64,000 nucleotides of DNA from Macrostomum lignano (lineage: Eukaryota): positions 62,001-126,000 of the forward strand of contig NIVC01001149.1 in the NCBI GenBank assembly GCA_002269645.1, in the 5' to 3' direction. How positions within the stretch are numbered: the stretch's first letter is position 1; each line of letters opens with the position of its first letter. The notes below the pieces were generated by a model that was not told where the DNA came from, did no database searches, and saw only the letters and a list, made by a program, of their open reading frames with translations. The translations under genes and the position numbers were made by a program. This document shows positions 41,540 through 53,840 of this stretch, one piece after another.

Positions 41540-44400
41540 AACTGATCGACATGATGCGTGCGAAGTTCATAGTGTCAGCGACGTAATTCAGAAAATTATC
41601 GATTATCATGCACCATCTCCTTTACTTGAAGTCCAAATCTGCGGAATGCAGCCAAATGCGCTCAAAGCTTTCGCCATCTATCAGGCCCACAGACTCGGTG
41701 GCACGAATGCCGAACAACAACTGACAAAGAAGAACGTGACCATAAACGTGCAACACCGGCAAGACAAAAGTTAATATTGGATCGCAGAATCAACCAGCCA
41801 GTTTGCAACTTATGTCGTAAGATACGATTATTGAAACGTGGGGAGGAATATCGCGCAGCATCTGCTGAACCATGCACTCGCTGTAGTTAAGGCTGTAAAA
41901 CAAGCAAAATAACTGGTGTTCAAAAATCATAAAGGATAACTAGTACTCGTAAGCACTGAAAGGAATTACCGCTCGCCAGGAGTAGTCACTAGTATTTACT
42001 AGTCAAAATAATCCCGACGCCTGTTCATCAATTTCTAAAGTTAATAAAAATTTTAAAAAAATTATCGTTTGTATGATTTAAGAAGAATAACAAATTTCTA
42101 GTCAGATAGCCCAACATTTTTAGTTAATACAAACAATAACACCACGATGACACAGATAATAAATATTTTCTATGGCATAAAACTATACAAAATTACTGCG
42201 CGAATACTAACTACTACGACGTTAAAATATAATTCTCATAGACATGACTAGAGAGATAGACAAGATCTAGACAAAAATCTATGCAGTAAACGAAATAAGG
42301 GCAAAGCCCATGTACTGACATAAAGTACAGTGGAATTGCTATCGCATGTAGATGTAGCAACCTTAACTTAATTTAATTAGTGTACAGTGCCCTACGATTC
42401 TACGAGTTGATTAATATTTTAATTTTGAATTCAACGAATGTGAAATTTTAAATTTCCGCGTGAATTTTTATTTTGTTTCAATTTTTAGTTTGTTTTAACT
42501 TCATGCGAAAATTCTAAAATTATTTGAATTTGAATAAAATTAGTCTTTTTCGCATAATATTTACAAACGGATGCAGTATATTACCTCCAAGGACAAATCC
42601 AAGTACAAAGGCGATTAATTTTATGCCTTTATCAAACATCTAGAAATTAGAAAACTGGCACTTCGTGAATTAGGAAATTGGCCTGTCTATCAATTATAAA
42701 TATCTCGCTTGGTACCTTACTTTGCTAAAAAAACATTCAAAACGAAAATGGGTGACTAACTAGTCCTCGTTTCTTGCGCCTGTACTATTTTTCTCTGACC
42801 AAATTTCCACTAAATTTAAAAACAGAAGACTATAGATTCGTAGCATATTGCAATTCTAAGCTAAGCTAGACATAAAAGAAAGAAAATGATTACAATTTAG
42901 GACCAACCGGCCACGTTTGCTTGCCAAAGACAAAGCCGTCTTCATCCAGTATACATTAATATACGAGAAATGAGTCCCGGATGTGCAGCGTTTTTAGCTT
43001 GCTTCATTGCTAGTACAGTGCTAGTACGCTAGTGCGCACTAGCGTTCCACACTCACCCCACCCCACCCCACCCCTCTCCGCTCGTGGGCTGGCCCTCTCT
43101 AAGGGAGCCCATCCCACCGTGGGCTGGGTCCCGTTAACGGGCTATTTTTAGCGTGGGATGGGCTCCGCTATCGGCGGGCCGTTAGGTGCGTGGACTCACT
43201 ATCTAGTCAGGTATTTTTTGTTAAGTGGATTGTCTGTCTAGTCCACGGCCGTTAGGTGGCGGAGGAACGAAAGAGCAGAAGGGGGAAGGGTCCAGCGAGC
43301 GCACAAGGGGAGGAGTGCAGCTATCTAGAATTGCATACACTGAGCAATTGTACGCGGCAGGCCAGGCAACAACAGTACAGGCAAGCGCCAAATTTGGCGG
43401 CTTCCACTAACTAACCCTAGGCTAGAAAAACTTCCTAATTTTTATGTTAATGAGCCTCATTATGATGACTCGATTGCGCCATATTGTGCAACTTCTTAGC
43501 GCCAAGGAAGGCTGCTTAGAGTGCATGGAGGCAGCAGAACAGTTCCTATTACAGATGGCGGAGTAGCCTAGTAAGGGGTTGTAGCCTAGTAAGGGGTTGT
43601 AGCCTAGTAAGGGGTTGTAGCCTAGTAAGGGGTTGTAGCCTAGTAAGGGGTTGTAGCCTAGTGGTTAGGGCGTCGGACTCACGACTTGAAGGTCGGGGGT
43701 TCGATTCCCGATCCCTCTGCAACAATTTGTGTCCTTGAGCAAGACACTTAACTCTGCGTTGTTTCAGTTTACCCAGCTGTAAAATGGGTACCAGCATTAG
43801 CTGGGGTAATTGAGGGTGTGTGTGGCGACCCCCCAGTCCTTGGACTGAACAGCCGTACGCAGCCTTCAGATGCGCCGCGCAATAGCTGCGGCTGAGCTGT
43901 CGGTTGCACATCTGCCCATTGGGCAGGTGTAATCAATTATTATAAAATTATTATTATTACAGATACTAGCAGCGTACAACAGCGCCTAAGATGTGACTGC
44001 GGCCCTATGCTTGCAGCAGAAAGCTGCGGCCACATCACTGCTATATAAAAGATACATGTTGGTGTGAATTTTACTTACATTCCACTTTCGAACTGCATGA
44101 GGTGGATTGTGGCCATGAGCAGCTTCAAGACAGGTCTTACACACCTGAAGGTGACAGCTTTCACAACGAAATAAGCCCTCTGATTCCTAACAGATAAAGC
44201 AATTGCCTTTGATAAAAAAGTAAGCTGCCACACCATCAGCCAGCTGTTCACTGAGCAATGCCCATTTCTCCTTTTCACATCGGGCATCATAACGGCTAGG
44301 GCCATTGGGTTCTTCAAGCAGCTAAAAATCTCCCACTGTAACTTCACCTTCTACAGCCTAGGCTCCTGAAGAGTCCCCGAAACGACTTTGCCTGAAGCAT
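41540..44400 (-). pseudogene. Decayed, spliced KDZ (Kyakuja-Dileera-Zisupton) transposase with N-terminal cysteine cluster
   Basis: Minus strand 41890-41560 translates as SYDISCK...LPVLHVYGHVLLCQ...VGLIDGESFERIW (KDZ core, with stops). About 44200-44076 gives CFIC*ESEGLFRCESCHLQVCKTCLEAAHGHNPPHAVRKWN followed by a GTAAGT donor. Confidence 0.7.
43557..43954 (+). mobile_element. tRNA-derived CORE-like SINE with (ATT)n tail
   Basis: A box TAGCCTAGTGG, B box GGTTCGATTCC (43698-43708), CORE-like tgtgtccttgagcaagacacttaac...ctgtaaaatggg; TSD TATTACAGAT at 43547-43556 and 43955-43964. Confidence 0.92.
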
Positions 44401-44618
44401 GACATTAAATCATGTTGCATAAAAATATTGTCAGCAGTAAAAAGGGTTGCAAGCTGTAAAGCAGTTCCAATTAGCACTAATACTGGCAAATTTTATTGTC
44501 TAGATTGTCTAGGCATAATGCTGCTATGTAATTTGTGGGCAAGTATCATTACTTTATATAAAAGTTTATTAGTATAAACAAGCTCAAACAAAATAATACA
44601 TTTGAAGTAATAACACAG

Positions 44619-45902
44619 TTATAACACTCCACGGTCGGCTCGAACAGTTGCTGTCAGCAGTGTGCTGCGTTCGTACAGAAAAGTCGCAAGCCGTACTGAA
44701 GCAAACCACTTGTCGACGAAAAGGTGATAGCCGAAACCGAGCAGGTCCTTGCAAAGGTGCACTACGATTTTCTCGCTTAGAGACAGCTGGTCACAACCGA
44801 GGTCGTCGCCAAAATGAGAGTTCTCTTCAGCAGTCGAATGTACTAGAAAGTTATACAGGTAGCCAGATGCAGACTCACAGGCGCAGTACATTTTAATTCC
44901 AACTCTGGCTCTCTTCGATGGGATGTACTGCCTAAACTGAAGGCGCCCCTTGTACAGAATCAGGGACTCGTCGACGCTGACCTGCTGCTCCGGCTGGTAC
45001 ACGTTCGCGCAGAGCTGCTGAGCCAGACGGAGCAGCGGCCGAATCTTGTGCAGTGGGTCGTTCGAGGCGGGTGCTCGTGCATCGTAGAAACGAAGGAAGG
45101 CCAGCAGCTGCTTGAATCGGTCACGGGTCAAGCCATTGGGCGATTGAAAAAACGGAGTACTGTGAATGACACTGGTGCTCCAGTAATCATGCAGTTCCGG
45201 CTTCCGTGAGATGCCCATGAACAGGTACATACCCAACAGCTTGGATATCTCACTGCGGTTTGTGTCCTTCCATGACTTCAGCAAGCTCGAAACATCTCCA
45301 TCATGTGTCGCCTGCTCATACTCAGCCCAAGCTTTTGCGTTTGTCCACTCCACGATCTTATCCAGCAGCTCATCGGTTAGAAACAGTCGTAGAAAATATT
45401 GGATGTCTTCACGGTCTTCGGGAAGGACAATGCTGGGGTTTACACCCGAAATTCCAGTGAAACTGGGGCCGTCTTCAACAATGTCTTCGCCTGGCTCCAC
45501 AAACTGCCAATCGTCTTCTACTTCGCTGATAGTGACCGACTCAGACGACTCGGAGTTCTCCGCTATTCCAGCGTCACTTTCGGAGTCGGAAGTCAACAGA
45601 ATATCCATATTTGGATTGATTTGAATTACATGAATAGAATTGTACAGAATTTGGCACAGCCCTTAATATACTAAAACTGGACTGTCTATGGCCAGTCTTG
45701 TACAGTTTTGATAAGCGTGTGTGCAACCCATTCCAAATGTACATTCTCCTTCAACCCTAGATTAGACCAGCGATGGCTGGCTTATCGGCAGGAGTGGCAA
45801 TGCAATTCAGTTCACTGAAAACTTGAAATAGTCTATGGTCAGCTCTGCTGACCATGCCGGCAGGAACGGAGCTTTCTATTTAGGAATTCAGGCTTGAAAA
45901 GG
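44619..45902 (-). mobile_element. 3'-truncated piggyBac (PGBD4-like transposase ORF 45608-44619)
   Basis: TTAA|CCTTTTCAAGCC terminus at 45906-45890; acidic N-terminus; YWST, RDRF, DPLHKIRP, VDESLILYKGR, QYIPSKRARVGIK, HLFVDKWFAS; third Asp and second TIR absent. Confidence 0.9.
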
Positions 45903-48900
45903 TTAAAGACCTTTGCTATTGCCAGAAAGGGACAATTAGAATTTTCAATCCTGTTGTCTCCAATAAAATAGTACGTATCTTAAAATAACATGCTTTCCTT
46001 TCTGAATTGTAGAACCAATTTCAAAATAGTTGCACAAAACAACTCCATCCTAAACAGGGATCTTATGCCAAAATAGCACTTTGGCATCTCAAAATCACAA
46101 ATGGCACCTTGATTTTGGAGTTCAGGTGCCAAATAACACCTTAAAATTGTGTTTCAATGTACCACTTACACCTCCTAGTTTGTCAAGCTGCCTCGGCACT
46201 TCAACTTAAAGCTGAGGGGGATAGAGAAGGACAAGAGGAAATAATAGCTACAGGGGCATTATTAGGAATATAATCGTTAATAGCAGGGAAACATTAAGGG
46301 GCAAAGAATGAAAAAGGTGCCAACTGCCAGGAAGGGATAGAGAGCAAAGGGAAGATAATAGTCTAAGGAAAAAAGAGGGAAACCATAGAGCAAGGTAATA
46401 GGATTGGCCACAGGGGCAAAGGGAGGGTATAGAAGAAGGTAGAGATGATGGGTAATGGCGCCAGGTAGCCACCTTGCTAGATCACCTAATAGGGTACCAT
46501 GTGGCTAAAATACACTTAATCAAGTAATATATAAAATTAAGTACCCTATAATAGGATATTGGTCCATGAAATATACCAAGAAAGTTAGTTTGTTTCCCAT
46601 GGATCAGTGTCCTTATAGTAGCCTAAAACAATGTTCACTGAAATCCTATCGCATTGTCTGTACACCGTATAGGTATATTAATTAGTCCAGTACTAGCTGG
46701 CTGTTAGTTAGTATTTACTTCACACTAGGGCCTCTGAATTGAATCGACATTATGAGTTAATACAGATAATGATGCGTAATATAAGATGCAGTGCAGTGGC
46801 TATTGGCTAATGGATTAAGTATTGACTCGTGCAGTGCAGTCGTGCAGTGGCTTGATAAAGACAGTATCAGGACTTGACCCGCAAATAATGAAAAGGTTAT
46901 TGTACATTTATCGTTTTGTTCAGATATTTCAACACAGAAATCGATTGTGAATCACGTAAATTAACATGGCGACATATCCCAAAATAAATACGAAAGAAAT
47001 AAAGGATCAATCACAATTGAACATAACTCCAAATTGACTAAAGTGATAAATCAGCGACAATTCTAATTCAATCGAAAATCTAAGTCTCATTCATTCATCT
47101 AAACTTGAAAGCAATCGAAATAACCGACACGGAAAACGCGAAATTCTGCAGTCAATCGCAAATCACTTGTGAACCATAGACTCCATTGAATTGCTAGTAT
47201 GCCTTTGCTTGGCACGCATTTTTTAATTCAGTTCATAGGCTCTACCCATGCGCGACTATTTCTGTATCAGCGAGCCAAATATAAACGGGGGACGACCCCA
47301 GACAGAATACAAATGACCTAGCCATCGACCAATACACAGCAGCGAAAACCAACCCCATTTCACAGGCCAATCGGCGATTATAACTGATACTAAAATTAGC
47401 AGCAAAGGTTGTTTCTAAACTCTACATTTTAAGAACAAAAATGAAAAGGAAAATACCAGTGGCCTCTTACATCTTCGGCCCAGCGCAGTTGGTTCAAAAT
47501 ACCTATGGCCAGCGCACAAATTCTCTACCCACCGTTCCAGTCGGTTATGGTTCGAACTCGACCAATAATAGAGGTAAAGGAAACAACTTTGCAAAGATGG
47601 CTCTCGTATTAACAGTAACAACAGTAACAAACCAGCAAACATAGCGGGAAAGTTTCATTCAAATTTCAATAGCATTCGTCAGAATCAAGACCGAGTCTGC
47701 GTTTTGCAGCCAGAAAGTGTCTATGGCCCGATTCCGACCCATCCGACTGAAACGGAGAGTGACAAATATCTTTACCGTCTTGAAGAGGTTAAGTCTCGAG
47801 CATTTTCTCTTGTCGGAAGCCTTCTTAGCTCTTTGTAGCGTATGTAGTGCTGCCCACCAGTTCCTTCAGGTCTCAGCCTTCGGTGAGGTGAGCTTCCCGT
47901 CGTAACAAAAGAAATAAGTCAACGAATTCAGCACAACGTGCAGATTTGCAGCTTAACGTACAGGGCGTCTCGTCAGCAGTACCTGTCGGGCTTGGTTGGT
48001 GGATGGGAGGGCTGCGTTAGCCTCTCGTAGGCTCGGGTTGGCTTTAGTGGGTCTCAGTTAGACCAATAGTAGAGGGTTAGTTGTACGCAGCACGGGCGTT
48101 CAGTTCTGACAGACACTTAGAGAACGAGTGACTCAGACTCGGAAACTTAGACTCTCAGAAACTAGCGAACAAGAAACTCCTTGACGGAAAAAAGGGGGAG
48201 GGGGTCCTTATTTATAGCACGGTATTCTCCTCTGCCCGAGAACGCACAAAACCTCGTGACTTGTTACCTCGTTGCCTATCAATTAGTGCCCATTTATCAA
48301 CGTGCACAAGATATACTCTGAATGACTTTAAATATGGTGGGCATTTGCAATTTGTGTGTTTTAATATTTCTGCTTTATATTCATCATAGGCTTTATCAAT
48401 TTCTTCAATTAGTCGAGCCTTTCGACTAGGGTCTCTTGTTTGAGAAAAGGTATAATAGAATAATAGTATTTATTATAATTTATAATAGTATTTTTTGTAG
48501 CAGAGCATTTCGAACATTTGGGTTATCAGCTTCCATTTTTTCTAGGAAAATTAAACAATTACAATTGGTTTTGGGAGCAGCTTCAGCTTTTCCTCCAAGG
48601 TGTCGAACGGTCGATTGTCTATCCCTTCGCCGTTGGGATTGAGATTTTTTCCCTTGCTTAGCTTCCAAGAGGCATTTGCATGTGAAGCAACTGCTACGGT
48701 GAGCTTGTTGAAGGTGTGGATTAGATCAGCTTTGTTCAGTTCCGATATGTCGAGACTTGAGTCTTCAGCATACTCCTGGTAGTCAGTCATTACAGCTATT
48801 CCAGTTCTCTTAATAGTGTCCAAATTAATTTTCAAATTAGTCATGAATGTTGCCTTCTCGCGTGGCTTCTTCTCATCAGTTGACCTTTCTTATGGAGTTA

Positions 48901-49695
48901 TTTTGTCGGATATCGTTGTTAGCACTCGAAGAGGATCCTTGTCGGCATCGCCAAGTTCATTGATTGCAATTATTACACTTGTGTCATCTGCCAACTGAAC
49001 CTCCTTGAGATTTTTTATCTTAGATTCGATAATTTTCTTACCACCAGCCATGTCGAAATCAAGAATAGTTACTGATGATGTGCCAGTTAGAGTCTATGCT
49101 ATGAAGCTGCAACGATGAATCTAAATACCCTTCAAATTCTGAGAGATGAAAAAGAAAGGTGGGTTGGACAAATAAGGGTTCGTCTTTGCGAAGGGAAGCT
49201 TTTGAACGTAACGACCACTACCATATATGGTATTATTTCTCCTCTCCATGAATGGGCTAGTATGGAATATCATACTACAGGTGAGGCAGGGACGCAAGAA
49301 GTTTTTAGAAAGAAAGATTGCGAAAACATTCGCACACTCAAAAGTGACTCATCCCTTCATATAAGTCTATTACTAGGGTTTTTGGATTTACAAAGGTGTT
49401 TTTCTCTTACGTCTCTGGAGTACTGCGGTGTGAGAGCAGGTGTGAGGGAGGCATTGTTCTCCTGAGCAAGAGCAAGTTTCTTTTTTGTTGAGTCGGATAG
49501 AGAGTTAAGGCACGCTGGCTGATGCAAAGTACCGGTATGTGATGGGCATAATTTTTATTGAAGAAAGGGTAAGCTGCCAAGGAGTTCTGACACATCATCA
49601 GCATTGTGAGTCAGCTGTTTGCTTGCGAAAGAGAGAAAATTATATGATGTTATATGAAATTCTCCTGGTTGTTTTCCAGTGGAGATGGGTGGTAG

Positions 49696-50255
49696 TTTTG
49701 TTATAGCTGACTGAATATCTAAAGAAGAACCTAGAAATAATGTTTACTGAAGGTCATTTTTATAATGAAAAGAGTAAGCAATCTTAAATTTAATGCCAAT
49801 TTCAATTTGTATTCGCCTGAAATTGCATTGAATTAACCCCCAAACCACACATTTCTCGTGGTTTTACTCACGAGATCTCGAAAATGACACTTTTTCCAAA
49901 TATTTAAAAACGACAAAAAAATCGCTGTTTTCAGACCATTTTCACCTGTTTTTAGTGATTTTCAAATGAGTAAGGGCATGAGGGTCAGGGCACCCCCTTT
50001 TTTAAGTGTAAAAAATTCTGAAAATCGGTGTTCTGCGAAATATACCATATGCCAATGCCCCTCCATGGGCATTGAGGGTGAGGAGCCAATGCTCCTCACC
50101 CTCTGCCCCCACGCCATGTCTATACCCGCCTGTTGTAACTCTGACCTCCTGGTTGTAGTAGTATAATAAAAGGGGATGAGCCATCTTGTGAGTGGCGCGA
50201 ACTGCGCCCGAACACTTGATGTGGCCCAGCTCCATTTCACTATACTACTACTCAC
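49696..50255. repeat. ~560-bp dispersed repeat ending in a long hairpin (copy 2)
   Basis: Homologous to 28209-28812. Confidence 0.85.
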
Positions 50256-51515
50256 GTGTTCTAACTGCAGATGTACTTGTCCACGAAGACAACCAAATCT
50301 TCTGTTTGCAACGATTCCGACGCATATCTTTAAAAGCATCTTCCACATCCTTAATTGTTTGAGCGATTGCCGTCTTTCCAAAATTTGAAAGCTTGACGGA
50401 GACGACTTCAACATCTGACTGCGTTATCAGTAGCCCTCTCTTCCCAAAGTTGTACTTTATCTTTACTATGCCCCGATGTCTTCCTTGACTTTCTGTTTCT
50501 TGTCCAACATCAACTTCGACAATTACGTGTCAGCTTGTCATATAATAAACAACACTTTTTAAAAATAGTTTGTATAAGTCGATGCCACCCGAATCAATTT
50601 TCCAGTGATTAAATTGCAGTCCCTAGGACAGCTCTATCATTTCAACTAGTGGTAAAAAATCTAGAGACAGATTGGTAGCGAAGTCTGCTCCGAAAACTCT
50701 AAACTCAGCCCGCTGGGAGGCTAGATGCACTGGCACTGTGCACAACAGTGCGCAACACAACAGTAACTAATTTAGTAAGAAAGTTTTGCATCGCCAGAAG
50801 ACCTACAGTGTCGCCGGGTGTCGCCGGGTGGCCTCCTGTACCAACAGAGGATCAAATGTGAGGCATTTTTTCTAGTTTTAGCAAACGTTTTATAATACAG
50901 TTTAGCTTTCAGTTTCATATGTAGGCCTCAATTAAATCGATTGAATAAACTCTTTTGATAGTAACTAATTTAGTAAGAAATGTTTTGCATCTCCAGAAGA
51001 CTTACAGTGTCGTCGGGTGACGCCGTGACGGCGGATGCAGCGCCATTGGCGGGGCCGGCCTGACTCTGGAGATGCAAAAGTTTGTCTGCAGCCAGGTATT
51101 TTATTTCGATGTTATTTGCAAGCTCTGAATCAAAGTGGGGGCATTTTGTGCTAGAGTTAGCCAGTTTTAAATTTAATATTGTAGCTCATTAATTGTGTGA
51201 CATAGTGACACGATGAACTTTGCTATAGGTTGCATGCACTGTAGTGTTGACTCACTAGCAGTGAAGTTGTTATTGATCGGCTTAGAGATTGTATTTTATT
51301 CCACCCCACCCCATGCGCGCGTTTGAATCTGTCTACACCCACCACCTCAGTGCTAAATAATAAATGAGAACAGCCTAGCTCTCAAGCGAGCACCTTTTAC
51401 TCACTCCTGCAATTCGACACTTCTGCCTCGCTTAACAAAGTTATCACAAATTGCTACAGTAAGTAATGACTAACAACAATTTACAATAAATATATTGACA
51501 GCTACACAAAATTAC

Positions 51516-52100
51516 CTCTAGTCCAGCCTGATGCACGGCCTGCCGCAGGAGGCTGTAGGCCTCGGCAATTTCGCCATGCTCGTAATCTGGGCCACTAGTC
51601 TGTTGAAAGTTAATATGAAATACGGTTCACATGATATTGTTTAAACAACTACTGATTCTTATTGCAAGTCGAAATTCTTGGCATGAAAGTAACAAAATGT
51701 GCATGCATTGTTAGCCTAACTTTCTAAACATAAAACTTACCAAAGACTGCTGCTCGGCAGCCGCCGAGAGCCTTCGTCTTTTGCTGCCGGCAGTTTCGGC
51801 GTCTTCAGTAACACTGCTGGCACTTGGGCTCGGCCGGCTTACAGCGGCAGACTCACCCTGTCGGCAGCTTCAGCGACAGTGCCAGCGCCGACACTGGCGC
51901 TTGCGCTCGGCCGACTTACGGCGGCAGGGTGCGGCGGCAGATTCGCAGGCCAGGCACCGCTGGCCAAAAAGTCTTCAAAACTGTTAAAATATTCTTGCGA
52001 ATAGTTTAACAGTAATTCCGTTTTGTCGAAAATTGCCTTCAGCTGCGCAGGAGTTTGGGACTGCACCGCCTTCATGTGGTCCCAAAGGCCAGCTCGCAGC
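51516..52100 (-). pseudogene. Exon-like GC-rich segments of an unidentified spliced gene (52100-51741, 51599-51516)
   Basis: AG acceptors and GTAAGT/GTAATT donors; protein-like translation LRAGLWDHMKAVQSQTPAQLKAIFDK...; in-frame stop; no recognised family. Confidence 0.35.
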
Positions 52101-52364
52101 CTGAAGCAGGTGCAAAAAACTGCACATTAATACTCATCGCTTGGTTTTTGCATGCGAAAACTTAAGCGTCACATCAATTACTTTTTGATTGGCCAGATGT
52201 TTTTTCCGCGAGATGTGATTGGAGATTGTCCGATCTCATCTGCTTGTTGTTTTGGCAGGCTTGGCCATCTGGTTGCAATTGAAATAGAATTTAGCTCTTT
52301 TTTATAGTTAATTGTAAATCAACTGTGTAATGATACATAGCATTCTATAATTAATACATCATGA

Positions 52365-53077
52365 TGTAACCGCCCTTGTCGCCCGTCCGCTCCGTTGGGA
52401 GACGAACGCATGACCAGAGGGGACAATGACCGTAGGCTGCCTATGACCGGGCAATGACCTGACGGACCTCCAGCACCAGACTGTCCCGCCCACATGATTG
52501 ATAGCTTTGGTAGCGCTTCGTGACCAGAGGGCCAAGGACCCACATGGACCCCACCTGTAGCCAAGGTGCAATAGTTGGTCACTCGGTCATAGTATGACCG
52601 AGTGGCTGCCACCACTCTATGTGACCTGGCGCACCTGGATCTTACTACCAAACCTCTCGAGGCTAGAGCCCCGCCTGGATTGGTTACCAGGGGATTTGGG
52701 CGAACAGGGGAGACACATGCAGCCGAGTACATGGACTCTGCTTGGGGCATGATAGCGAACTCTGGGCTCAATCTAAAGGATTTCTCAGCAGGAGATCCTT
52801 TGTGGCTGTGAGCGAGGCTGATTTGCGGCTTCAATTACTAAGAGTAGTGTGAGGCGAACATGTGCTGTCTATAGTTTAGATTGCTCAGGGCGAAGGGACG
52901 CGTCAGCATGGGGTTGCAACCTTCCTACTGTCATTCTGTGCCAAGACCCGCTAATTCCCTCTACTGCACACACACACGGACCCGCAGCACTCACACACAG
53001 GCGGGCTTTGCACGGGGAGAGCTTACCCAAACTTCCTTATGCTTTGCCACCCCGGGAGAAAGGCTTAGCAAGCCATG
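52365..53077. mobile_element. Possible solo LTR / GC-rich insertion
   Basis: Starts TGTAACC; sharp GC island in AT-rich DNA; CATGA occurs at both flanks; right end lacks a clean CA. Confidence 0.35.
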
Positions 53078-53204
53078 AGTGATGTTAGTTAATAGGTAAT
53101 AATTAGGCCCTTAGGCAAATTAAGTAACTGAAAAACTTTTCAAACAATTTTTTGAAACGATTAGATAACAAAGATAGCAAATTTAATCTTTGCTAACCCA
53201 GCTA

Positions 53205-53345
53205 GCTGCCCTGCCCCGCCAACCCAGCCGCCCTGCCCCGCCAACCCAGCTGCCCTGCCCCTTATCTAGCTGCCTATCCCCAACCTAGCTGCCCTACCCC
53301 CCCCCAACACAGCTGCCCTGCCCCCGAAACCTAGCTGCCTATCCC
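53205..53345. repeat. ~20-bp C-rich minisatellite (gctgccctgccccgccaaccca)
   Basis: Direct observation. Confidence 0.8.
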
Positions 53346-53469
53346 CCAACGATCAAATTATAATCATTTTATCATTTTTCTGTGCTAACAAATGAGCGCA
53401 AGAATGAATTAGTCGGCAAGAACTAAAATTTCTCGATCTTCGTAGAAAACATTTTCTCCTTCACTGCTT

Positions 53470-53840
53470 CTTGGCCCGCCGAAGTTCGGCCCTCTGCCTC
53501 TTGGGCCGCCAGAGTGCGGCCCCTTGGAATTCGGCCCGCCGAAGTTCGCCCCGCAAGAGTGCGGCTCGCCGGAGTGCGGCCCGCCGGAGTGCGGCCCACC
53601 GGAGTGCGGCCCGCCGGAGTGCGGCCCGCCGGAGTGCGGCCCGCCGTAGTGCGGCCCGCCGAAGTGCGGCCCGCCGGAGTGCGGCCCGCCGAAGTGCGGT
53701 CCCTTGGAGTTCAGCTTGCCGGAGTGCAGCCCGCCGGAAAGCAGCTCGCCGGAGTTCGGCCCTCTGCTTCTTGGGCCGCCAGAGTGCGGCCCCTTGGAGT
53801 TCGGCTTGCCGGAGTTCGGCCCGCCAGAGTGCGGCCCGTC
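53470..53840. repeat. 15-bp minisatellite (gccggagtgcggccc)
   Basis: Direct observation; source of AARRS/RPAGV ORFs. Confidence 0.93.

Noticed and set aside
47951-47976. Hammerhead-like CTGACGAG on the minus strand
   Set aside because: Stem II is not followed by the required GAAA and no stem III/cleavage triplet was found.
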